From Candidatus Delongbacteria bacterium (GTDB taxonomy: Bacteria; CAIWAD01; BS150m-G50), in the NCBI GenBank assembly GCA_016784425.1, contig JADHUQ010000002.1, forward strand, positions 1-39,361: a stretch of 39,361 nt of DNA, written 5' to 3'. Positions within the stretch are counted from its first letter, which is position 1. Every line of letters begins with the position of its first letter. Positions 8,485-16,202 of this stretch are shown piece after piece. The notes beneath the pieces are model-generated. The model made no database searches. It was not told where the DNA came from and saw nothing but the letters and a program-made list of their open reading frames with translations. The translations under genes were made by a program, and so were the position numbers.

Positions 8485-10218
8485 ATGGATAGAAAGAGAA
8501 TGGGGATTATGACAGCTGCCCTCCTGTCCGGGCTGGTCATACTGTTGTCTGCAGGCTACCTGATTGTCCCCATAACTAATGCTGAGAGTGGAGCTGCCGT
8601 CTACAGTGACCTCCATGTCGACTCCATGCATCCCTGGATTGCTTCTGAGGGACCCGGGAAATGCTCTATCTGCGGGATGAAGCTGAGCCAGGTTCAGGGT
8701 CACCGGCCGGGGACCACCCTGCCGGCTGTCGATAACCTGTATGTCACTCCCTCCAATCCGATGTGGGTCCACGAGGGGCCTGGTGAGCACCCTGAGACTG
8801 GTGAACAGTTGATCCCGATCAAGCAATCACCCTATTATCAAGCGCCGGTGGAGGATCATGCAGAGGATCACGATCAGTCCGGCATGTCAATGCAGGAATC
8901 TCCTGCAGCCGTCTCACACAGCCAGGAGGGGGATGAAGCGCAGCTCTATACCTGTGGCATGCACCCGGATGTAATACAGGATGAACCGGGAACCTGCCCG
9001 ATCTGCAGTATGAATCTGACCCCGATCCGCGGTTCCGGCAGGTCATCCACCACTGGTGAGCGTGAGATTGCCTATTGGGTTGCCCCGATGGATCCCGGTT
9101 TTATTTCGGATACACCCGGCAAGTCGCCGATGGGAATGGATCTCGTCCCGGTCTACGCTGATCAACTGAGCGAGGGGACAGTACAGATCGATCCGGTAAC
9201 CCTGCAGAGCATCGGCGTGAGAACAGAACCTGCAACGATGAGAGATCTGGCCCGATCGATCCGTTCCAATGGGATCGTAAAAGTCGCCGAGGATTCTGAA
9301 TTTAAATTGAATGCCAGAATATCCGGCTGGGTTGAGCGACTGCATGTGTCACGAACCGGTGACCGGGTAGTGGCTGGTCAACCGCTGCTTGACATCTACA
9401 GTCCCCAGCTGGTTTCCGCACAGAAAGATCTTTTGCTCGCAATGCGCAGCGGATCAAGCAGCAGTTCCAGGCTGGTCGCAGCCGTACGCCAGCGTCTGCG
9501 ATTCTGGAATATCTCAGAAGCGCAGATCGACGAACTTGCAGGAACCGGGCAGATCAGGCAGTCGCTGACCCTGACCAGTCCCGGCACCGGTATTGTGCTC
9601 CACAAGAATGTTGTCGAGGGATCGTCAGTCAGCGCGGGAATGGACCTGTTCAGAATTGCCGACCTTGAAACCCTCTGGGTTATCGCCCAGATTTACGAGT
9701 ACGAGGTTCCCTGGATCTCCATCGGGGATAAGGTGGAAATCCGCTCCCCCTATGATCCCGGTCTGACTGTCACAGGTACCTTGTCTTTCATCTATCCAAC
9801 CCTGGATACCAGGTCCAGAACAGTCGAGCTCCGCATCGTTATTCCGAATCCGGACTTGCGCTTCAAACCGGAGATGTATGTTGATGTCACAATCCAGACC
9901 TCCTCGCGGGAGGATGTTGTAGCGGTTCCCAAATCGGCCGTAATCAGGACAGGTGAACGGGACCTTGTCTTCGTACAGAGGGGACAGGGGCGGTTTGAAC
10001 CGGTTGAGGTACATCTTGGCCTGGAAGCCGGTCGCTACTACGAAATCGCCCACGGTCTGCAGGCCGGCGAAGAGGTTGTTGTTTCTGCACAGTTCCTGCT
10101 GGACAGCGAGGCAAAACTGCAGGAAGCTATCCAGCGACGGATTCAGCAAAGAAAACAGCCGGGTAAATCGAACCCCGTCACCACAGAAACATCTCCCGGT
10201 AGTCAGCATCAGCACTGA
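8485..10218 (+). CDS. cusB: RND efflux periplasmic adaptor (CusB family) with an N-terminal extension carrying HMBD modules
   Basis: TM/signal anchor. Modules MHPWIASEGPGKCSICGMKL and YTCGMHPDVIQDEPGTCPICSMNLTPI. Then IAYWVAPMDPGFISDTPGKSPMGMDLVPVY and barrel-sandwich / beta-barrel blocks typical of CusB-type MFPs. Confidence 0.92.
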   Translation: MDRKRMGIMTAALLSGLVILLSAGYLIVPITNAESGAAVYSDLHVDSMHPWIASEGPGKCSICGMKLSQVQGHRPGTTLPAVDNLYVTPSNPMWVHEGPGEHPETGEQLIPIKQSPYYQAPVEDHAEDHDQSGMSMQESPAAVSHSQEGDEAQLYTCGMHPDVIQDEPGTCPICSMNLTPIRGSGRSSTTGEREIAYWVAPMDPGFISDTPGKSPMGMDLVPVYADQLSEGTVQIDPVTLQSIGVRTEPATMRDLARSIRSNGIVKVAEDSEFKLNARISGWVERLHVSRTGDRVVAGQPLLDIYSPQLVSAQKDLLLAMRSGSSSSSRLVAAVRQRLRFWNISEAQIDELAGTGQIRQSLTLTSPGTGIVLHKNVVEGSSVSAGMDLFRIADLETLWVIAQIYEYEVPWISIGDKVEIRSPYDPGLTVTGTLSFIYPTLDTRSRTVELRIVIPNPDLRFKPEMYVDVTIQTSSREDVVAVPKSAVIRTGERDLVFVQRGQGRFEPVEVHLGLEAGRYYEIAHGLQAGEEVVVSAQFLLDSEAKLQEAIQRRIQQRKQPGKSNPVTTETSPGSQHQH

Positions 10219-10312
10219 AACGGAATACGGCTTGAAATACTTATACCCGGATCGCAGCAACGACTGTGTTTATCACAAAGCAGTATCACCGAGATTGCAT
10301 TAGAGGCCGAAC

Positions 10313-13300
10313 ATGAACCTGATCGAACGCATCATCGATGGAAGCATTAAGAATCGGCTTCTGATAATTCTCGTTACCCTGGCTCTCGTGGCGATGGGAA
10401 CCTATTCCCTCCTGACCATACCGGTTGACGCGATTCCCGACCTGTCCGATGTCCAGGTGATCGTAATCGCCGATTACCCCGGCCAGTCCCCCCAGGTTGT
10501 CGAGGACCAGATTATCTACCCCCTGACCACCGCACTGTTATCGGTCCCCTTCGTGAAAGATGTACGGGGCTACAGTTTCTTCAATTTTGGTATGGTGTAT
10601 CTGCTTTTTGAGGATGGCACCGATCTCTACTGGGCCAGGAGCCGGGTGCTGGAATATCTGAACCAGGCCGCCCAGAGAATGCCGGAAGGGGTTACCCCCC
10701 GGCTCGGTCCGGATGCCACCGGCCTGGGCTGGATCTACCAGTATACACTCGAATCGGATAACCACTCACTGCAGGAACTCCGCTCGCTGCAGGACTGGTA
10801 TATGCGGTATGAATTACAGACCGTTCCCGGTGTTGCCGAGGTGGCCAGTCTCGGTGGCTTCGTCAAACAATACCAGGTAGCCGTTGACCCGGATCGTCTG
10901 GCCGCACTGGGGATTCCCCTGCAGAAAGTGAAAATGGCGCTGGCTGCTTCGAATAATGATGTCGGGGGCAGGCTGATTGAGATGGCAGAGACCGAGTATT
11001 TCGTCAGGGGTCTGGGTTACCTGAGTGGAGATACCGACGCTGATATCATTGCCCAGATTGAGAGTATTGCGCTGGGTGTCAATGAGAACGGATTCCCGAT
11101 TCTGCTGAAACAGGTCGCAAATGTTGCAGTGGGTCCCGAGTTACGCCGTGGAATAGCAGAATGGAATGGGGAAGGGGAGACGGTGGGAGGAATTGTGGTC
11201 CTCCGGTTTGGTGAGAACGCCCTGGCGGTGATCAAGCGGGTTCAGGCCAAATTGCACGATCTGGAAACAGGTCTCCCGGAAGGGGTGAGAATTGTTACCG
11301 CTTATGACAGGTCAGATCTCATCTATCGGGCCATCGACACCCTGAAAGAAAAACTGACCGAGGAGATGATTGTCGTTGCTCTGATAATTCTCATCTTCCT
11401 GCTCCATTTCAGGAGTGCCCTGGTACCGATCCTGGCGCTGCCGGCAGGTGTACTGATTTCCTTCATGGTGATGAAGTGGATGGGGATTAACGCCAATATC
11501 ATGTCGTTGGGAGGTATTGCCATTGCGATTGGAGTGATGGTCGATGCCTCAGTAGTCATGGTGGAGAACGCCCACAAACATCTCGAAAGGGACAGTGGCG
11601 ACAAAACCCACGCGCAGATCATCTCTGAAGCCGCCCGGGAGGTTGGACCCGCGCTTTTCTTCAGCCTGTTGATAATAACTGTCAGTTTCTTCCCGGTTTT
11701 CAGTTTACAGGCCCAGGAAGGGAGGCTGTTCAGTCCGCTGGCATTTACCAAAACCTTTGCCATGGGGGCTTCAGCCATTCTGGCGATTACTATTGTACCG
11801 GTGCTCATGGTGATATTTGTGCGTGGCAAAATCATAAACGAGGCTAAAAATCCACTCTCGCGTTTCTTTATCTGGCTTTACCGACCCTTCATCAAAACAG
11901 TTCTTCGCCGACCGCTGCTGGTACTGCTCGGCAGCGTGATCGTTCTGGGGATTACCTACTTCCCTTACAGCAGGTTGGGGAGCGAGTTCATGCCACCGCT
12001 GAACGAAGGTGACCTGCTCTATATGCCGACCACACCACCTGGAATCTCCCCGGAGAAAGCGAGGGAGTTACTGCAACAGACTGATCGTATTATCGCCAGT
12101 TTCCCCGAAGTTGAACATGCCTTCGGCAAGATTGGTCGAGCTGAAACCGCCACCGATCCGGCACCGCTGTCGATGATTGAAACCACCATCATTCTGAAAA
12201 AGGACAGATCAGAATGGCGGGCAGGGGTAGACCTTGATTCCCTGGTAAAAGCGCTGGATGCGGCCATTCAATTTCCCGGTTTGACCAACGCCTGGACGAT
12301 GCCGATCAAGACCCGCATCGATATGCTCTCGACCGGGATCAAGACACCGGTCGGCATCAAGATTATGGGTGATGATCTGGAACAGCTGGCCCGGTTGGGG
12401 GAACAGATTGAAGCTGCGGTCAGTACAGTTGAGGGAGTTACTTCAGCCTATGCTGAACGGGCGATTGGCGGCAAGTATATAGACATCCGGATTAACCGTG
12501 AACAGATCGCCAGGCTGGGCTTGACCGTCGGCGATGTACAGGCTGTTATTATGACTGCTCTGGGAGGGATGAATGTCACCTGGACTGTGGAGGGTCAGGC
12601 GCGCTATCCGGTGAATGTCAGGTATCTGCGTGAACGGAGGGATGACATTTCCGATATATCCCGTATCAGAGTTCCGACCCCCGCCGGTGGGCAGGTCCCG
12701 CTCGGTCAACTGTCCGATATCAGGATTGTCGATGGCCCGCCGATGATAAAAACAGAGAACGCCCGCAAGACAGTCTGGGTCTATGTGGATACGAGGGACA
12801 GCGATATCGGTGGATTTGTGGAGCGGCTGCAGCAGGTTGTCAGGAGCGAGATCGATCTTCCGATCGGTTATTCGATAGTCTGGTCCGGTCAATTCGAATA
12901 CATGGAAAGGGCGAGCAAGCGGCTCAAACTGATCATACCGTTGACCCTGCTTATCATCTTCTTCCTGCTGTATGTCCACTTCGGCAATGTCACGGAGTCG
13001 CTGGTGGTCATGCTCACCCTCCCCTTTGCCATGGTGGGGGGAATCTGGCTGATGTATATCCTCGGTTTCAACTCTTCCGTTGCGGTTGCCGTCGGCTTTA
13101 TTGCCCTGCTCGGTCTGGCTGCGGAAACCGGTGTGGTGATGCTGGTGTATCTGGATGAATCCTTCCAGCGTTACACGGACGAAAATCGGATGCGTTACCG
13201 GTCAGATCTCAGAGGTGCCATCATGGAGGGGGCGGTGGATCGTGTGCGTCCCAAGCTGATGACGGTGGCGACCACCCTGATCGGTCTGTTACCGATCATG

Positions 13301-13483
13301 TTTGGCACATCCACCGGATCCGAGATTATGAAAAGGATTGCCGCGCCAATGGTCGGCGGACTGATCTCCTCCACCATTCTGACCCTCATCATCCTGCCTG
13401 CCGTGTACTATCTGATCAAGAGCAGGAGGGTCAGCCCGGATCCTGCGGTGGTAAAACCCACCAGTCCTGAAGGCGCCCGGTAG
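10313..13483 (+). CDS. cusA: CusA/CzcA-family heavy-metal efflux RND pump, CusA-like (Cu(I)/Ag(I))
   Basis: 1056 aa, with long collinear similarity to E. coli CusA as I remember it (PVDAIPDLSDVQVI, YWARSRVLEYLNQ, GPDATGLGWIYQY, LRSLQDW, RRGIAEWNGEGE, NANIMSLGGIAIA.G.MVDA). The three Met contexts of the CusA metal site are kept: LLYMPTT, PLSMIETT and RIDMLSTGIK. Confidence 0.96.
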   Translation: MNLIERIIDGSIKNRLLIILVTLALVAMGTYSLLTIPVDAIPDLSDVQVIVIADYPGQSPQVVEDQIIYPLTTALLSVPFVKDVRGYSFFNFGMVYLLFEDGTDLYWARSRVLEYLNQAAQRMPEGVTPRLGPDATGLGWIYQYTLESDNHSLQELRSLQDWYMRYELQTVPGVAEVASLGGFVKQYQVAVDPDRLAALGIPLQKVKMALAASNNDVGGRLIEMAETEYFVRGLGYLSGDTDADIIAQIESIALGVNENGFPILLKQVANVAVGPELRRGIAEWNGEGETVGGIVVLRFGENALAVIKRVQAKLHDLETGLPEGVRIVTAYDRSDLIYRAIDTLKEKLTEEMIVVALIILIFLLHFRSALVPILALPAGVLISFMVMKWMGINANIMSLGGIAIAIGVMVDASVVMVENAHKHLERDSGDKTHAQIISEAAREVGPALFFSLLIITVSFFPVFSLQAQEGRLFSPLAFTKTFAMGASAILAITIVPVLMVIFVRGKIINEAKNPLSRFFIWLYRPFIKTVLRRPLLVLLGSVIVLGITYFPYSRLGSEFMPPLNEGDLLYMPTTPPGISPEKARELLQQTDRIIASFPEVEHAFGKIGRAETATDPAPLSMIETTIILKKDRSEWRAGVDLDSLVKALDAAIQFPGLTNAWTMPIKTRIDMLSTGIKTPVGIKIMGDDLEQLARLGEQIEAAVSTVEGVTSAYAERAIGGKYIDIRINREQIARLGLTVGDVQAVIMTALGGMNVTWTVEGQARYPVNVRYLRERRDDISDISRIRVPTPAGGQVPLGQLSDIRIVDGPPMIKTENARKTVWVYVDTRDSDIGGFVERLQQVVRSEIDLPIGYSIVWSGQFEYMERASKRLKLIIPLTLLIIFFLLYVHFGNVTESLVVMLTLPFAMVGGIWLMYILGFNSSVAVAVGFIALLGLAAETGVVMLVYLDESFQRYTDENRMRYRSDLRGAIMEGAVDRVRPKLMTVATTLIGLLPIMFGTSTGSEIMKRIAAPMVGGLISSTILTLIILPAVYYLIKSRRVSPDPAVVKPTSPEGAR

Positions 13484-13506
13484 ATCCGCATCAAACAGCT
13501 CCTGAA

Positions 13507-13523
13507 ATTGAAAGATCCATTCA
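13507..13523 (+). promoter_or_regulatory. Candidate enhancer (UAS) site 3, ATTGAAAGATCCATTCA
   Basis: Centred about 83 bp upstream of the -24 GG at 13598. 15/17 identical to site 1. It overlaps the left arm of the cusA terminator hairpin. Confidence 0.4.
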
Positions 13524-13543
13524 GTACTGGATGGATCTTTTTT
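13511..13543 (+). terminator. Rho-independent terminator after cusA
   Basis: AAAGATCCATTCAGT / ACTGGATGGATCTTT is a near-perfect hairpin of about 10-11 bp, followed directly by TTTTTT (13538-13543). It starts 28 nt after the cusA stop. Confidence 0.65.
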
Positions 13544-13596
13544 ATTACCCAGCTGTCATCTAAATCTAAGATGTTATATATCAATATATTACATAT

Positions 13597-13612
13597 TGGC
13601 ACACTTGTTGCT
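13597..13612 (+). promoter_or_regulatory. Sigma54 (-24/-12) promoter P3: TGGCAC-ACTTG-TTGCT
   Basis: GG at 13598-13599 and GC at 13610-13611 give exact N10 spacing and a perfect consensus core. An IHF-like match, TATCAATATATTA (WATCAA-N4-TTR), lies at 13579-13591 just upstream. Confidence 0.75.
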
Positions 13613-13700
13613 GATAATCATTATCAAATAGAGATTTTCAGCGATGACTGAACTGAGAACAGTTTGAACTTAACACCAAATGAAGATAAGGGAGAAAAAA

Positions 13701-14222
13701 ATGTTTAGTAGAATCAGTAGAACATTGGGCTTTATGATGGTAGTAGCTTTAGCTGGTGCGCCACTGTTGGTGAATAGTGCAGTAGCCTGTGATGGTTGTA
13801 CGGGACACGCAAAAGTAGCAGTGCCCGACCAGGGTGAGCAGTACGGCACCATGAAGGCCAGCCAGGTTTCCTCAAGCCATGACGGCCATCAGGAAGCTCA
13901 TGGCATGATGGAGGCAATGGAACACGCCAAAGGAACCAGCCTGGGAATGATCATGACGGCTGAGCATCTGTACAGCTGTCCGATGCACCCGGAAGTCGTT
14001 GCCGTCGACGCAGAAACCACCTGTCCCCTCTGTAACATGAACCTAACCCCGATGAGTCAGGATGATGTTGTCAAATTGCGCAGCTCCCATCCTGAGGCTT
14101 GCCCGATGGATCCAATCGTGGTCGCAGGAAACAGCGACGTAGAAACCTGTCCGATCTGCAAGATGGATCTTACAGAGATTCAGCTGCCAGATATGGAAAG
14201 TGGACATGTGCATCGCCAGTAG
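13701..14222 (+). CDS. Secreted Cys/His/Met-rich metal-binding protein with two HMBD-type modules (paralog 2)
   Basis: AGGGAG lies 7-8 nt before the ATG at 13701. The track ORF begins at 13680 in the same frame. Signal peptide MFSRISRTLGFMMVVALAGAPLLVNSAVA. ACDGCTGHA and an HDGHQEAHGMMEAMEH stretch. Modules LYSCPMHPEVV...CPLCNMNL and ACPMDP...CPICKMDL. Same architecture as 5108-5689. Confidence 0.8.
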   Translation: MFSRISRTLGFMMVVALAGAPLLVNSAVACDGCTGHAKVAVPDQGEQYGTMKASQVSSSHDGHQEAHGMMEAMEHAKGTSLGMIMTAEHLYSCPMHPEVVAVDAETTCPLCNMNLTPMSQDDVVKLRSSHPEACPMDPIVVAGNSDVETCPICKMDLTEIQLPDMESGHVHRQ

Positions 14223-14723
14223 GCTGCTGTCGGTTGACAATAGCGATATTGTTGATAACAGGCTATAAAGGCTTTCAAAAAGGACAGATTGCTCTTTGCT
14301 TGAAGGAGAGGATAGTGAGGGCAGACGATCGGCCAGTGTCACCTGATACTGGCTGATCTCTTTTAGGTCAGCTTCGATTACCTCCGGACTGTTCAAGCAG
14401 GAGCTGCCAGCTTCGGGGAGAAAGGGGGCTGTTCGGTTAAGATAATTGTGTCATACCATATTGAATCAGCGTTTCACAGAAGTGTGCCCGGCAATAATCG
14501 GGGAAAACCGGGTTCGGAAAAACAGTGCTGCTTGCACAACGCCTGCCTGTAAGCTACTTTGCACCTGAGCTCTCTTCGTTGTTGTTTCCGGGTCACAAAG
14601 GAATTCTGCTCCGAAGGGCCAGGCTCAATAGTTTTACCTGAAAGCATTCCGGGATTCCTCGGAAAGATCAGCTGCCACGATGCTGCGCAAACTCTGCACA
14701 GACTAACAGGAAAGCCGGATGAT

Positions 14724-16202
14724 ATGAATCTGATGTTGATCATTCATATAATCGAGAGTCTGCTGATCATCTATTTCTCACTGTATCTGCTGATAGAGCT
14801 GGCGATGATCGTGATATTCTTCTTTGTCTGGCGTTCATCATCAGATACTACTGTGCAGTTGGATAAATCTGCCGTAAGCGGGCAGGGGATAACTATCATC
14901 GTCCCGGCTTACAATGAGGAAATGACCATTGTCGATGTGGTAGAGATGCTGGGGGAGTCGGATTATCCTGAATATGAAATCATTGTTGTAACTGACGGTT
15001 GTACCGATGCTACCCTGCAAAAACTGCAGGACCGTTATGCGTTGCAGGATGTTGCCCGGGAATTTGTTGATGATATTGGCACCTCAGGTGTAAACCAGCT
15101 CTACACCAGCCCGGTGAATTCACGTCTGACGGTAATTGACAAACCCAATGGGGGTAAAGCCGACGCACTCAATGTCGGCTTGAGTTTTGCCAGTCATCCC
15201 TACGCCTGTACAATTGATGCCGATTCTATTCTCGATCCCCAGGCGTTGCGGCAGGTAGCTGCACCGTTTCTGGCAGCTGACGGCGAAAGTGTGGTGATGG
15301 TCGGCGGGGCGCTGGCCGTTGCCAACCGGACCAGGCTGGTAGGGAATCGCCTGACAGGAGGTGAGTTTCCCCGTAATCCCTGGGTCGTCTTTCAGGTCAT
15401 CGAGTACCTGCGCTCGTTCCTGGTCAGTCGAACCGGTCTCGCCAGGATACGCGCACTGCTTATTCTATCGGGCGCTTTTACGCTGTTCCGACGCGAAAGC
15501 CTGCTGGCAGCAGGTGGTTTTCTCTCACTGCACAACCATCACCCCTACATCAAAGAGCTGGGACTTGACGGACGGCACACTGTCTGTGAGGATATGGAGG
15601 TTGTGGTCAGGTTGCGCAGATATCTGAAAGAACAGGGAAAGCCCTCCCGGACCGTATTTCTGCCCCGTCCGATCTGCTGGACAGAAGTTCCGGACAATGC
15701 CGCAAATCTTTCGCTGCAACGCAATCGCTGGCATCGGGGACTGCTGGAGACAATTTACTTTCACCGGAAACTGATTCTGGAGCCATTCTATGGTTCTCTC
15801 GGACTCATCGCCCTGCCATATTACCTGATCTTTGAGGCTATATCACCGATCATAAAATTGCTGGCGCTCCTTTTCGTCGGCGGATTGCTGGCCTGGGGAT
15901 TGGTAAACCGGATGGCGATGATTCTGCTGCTGCTGTCGGTCAACATCACCACAGTAATCTTCATCGGGATTATTACAGTTGTGGTTGAGAGCTGGGGGAG
16001 CAAACACTCACCGGTGAATGTTGCCGCACTCAGGTACCGCAATCATCCGGACTGGCTGGCGCTCCTGGGGATGTCAATACTGGGTGATTTCACCTTTGCC
16101 CATATCCGTATGTTCTGGCAACTAGGGGGAATCAGTGGTTTTCTGAAGGGTAGAAAATCGTGGGATAAATTTGAAAGGAAAGGATTTCATGAAGCTGCGT
16201 AG
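14724..16202 (+). CDS. Processive family-2 glycosyltransferase, PgaC/IcaA-like exopolysaccharide synthase
   Basis: N-terminal TM helix. IIVPAYNEE, VVTDGCTDAT, NGGKADALN, TIDADS (DxD), LSGAFTLFRR, CEDMEVVVRL and QRNRWHRG (QxxRW) are present. Several C-terminal TM helices follow. The track ORF start at 14559 adds 55 non-hydrophobic residues with no support, so I prefer the ATG at 14724. Confidence 0.9.
   Translation: MNLMLIIHIIESLLIIYFSLYLLIELAMIVIFFFVWRSSSDTTVQLDKSAVSGQGITIIVPAYNEEMTIVDVVEMLGESDYPEYEIIVVTDGCTDATLQKLQDRYALQDVAREFVDDIGTSGVNQLYTSPVNSRLTVIDKPNGGKADALNVGLSFASHPYACTIDADSILDPQALRQVAAPFLAADGESVVMVGGALAVANRTRLVGNRLTGGEFPRNPWVVFQVIEYLRSFLVSRTGLARIRALLILSGAFTLFRRESLLAAGGFLSLHNHHPYIKELGLDGRHTVCEDMEVVVRLRRYLKEQGKPSRTVFLPRPICWTEVPDNAANLSLQRNRWHRGLLETIYFHRKLILEPFYGSLGLIALPYYLIFEAISPIIKLLALLFVGGLLAWGLVNRMAMILLLLSVNITTVIFIGIITVVVESWGSKHSPVNVAALRYRNHPDWLALLGMSILGDFTFAHIRMFWQLGGISGFLKGRKSWDKFERKGFHEAA

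Noticed and set aside
14559-14723. The 5' extension of the GT2 ORF (track start 14559), and similarly 24121 for the CBS gene, 24738 for the 4Fe-4S gene, 29802 for the deaminase, 22008 for the lipoprotein and 31373 for the MutL-like gene
   Set aside because: These extensions either run through the preceding gene or through non-coding-looking sequence. They lack ribosome-binding sites and precede much better starts (SD plus ATG/GTG/TTG followed by the expected signal peptide, TM segment or family N-terminus).
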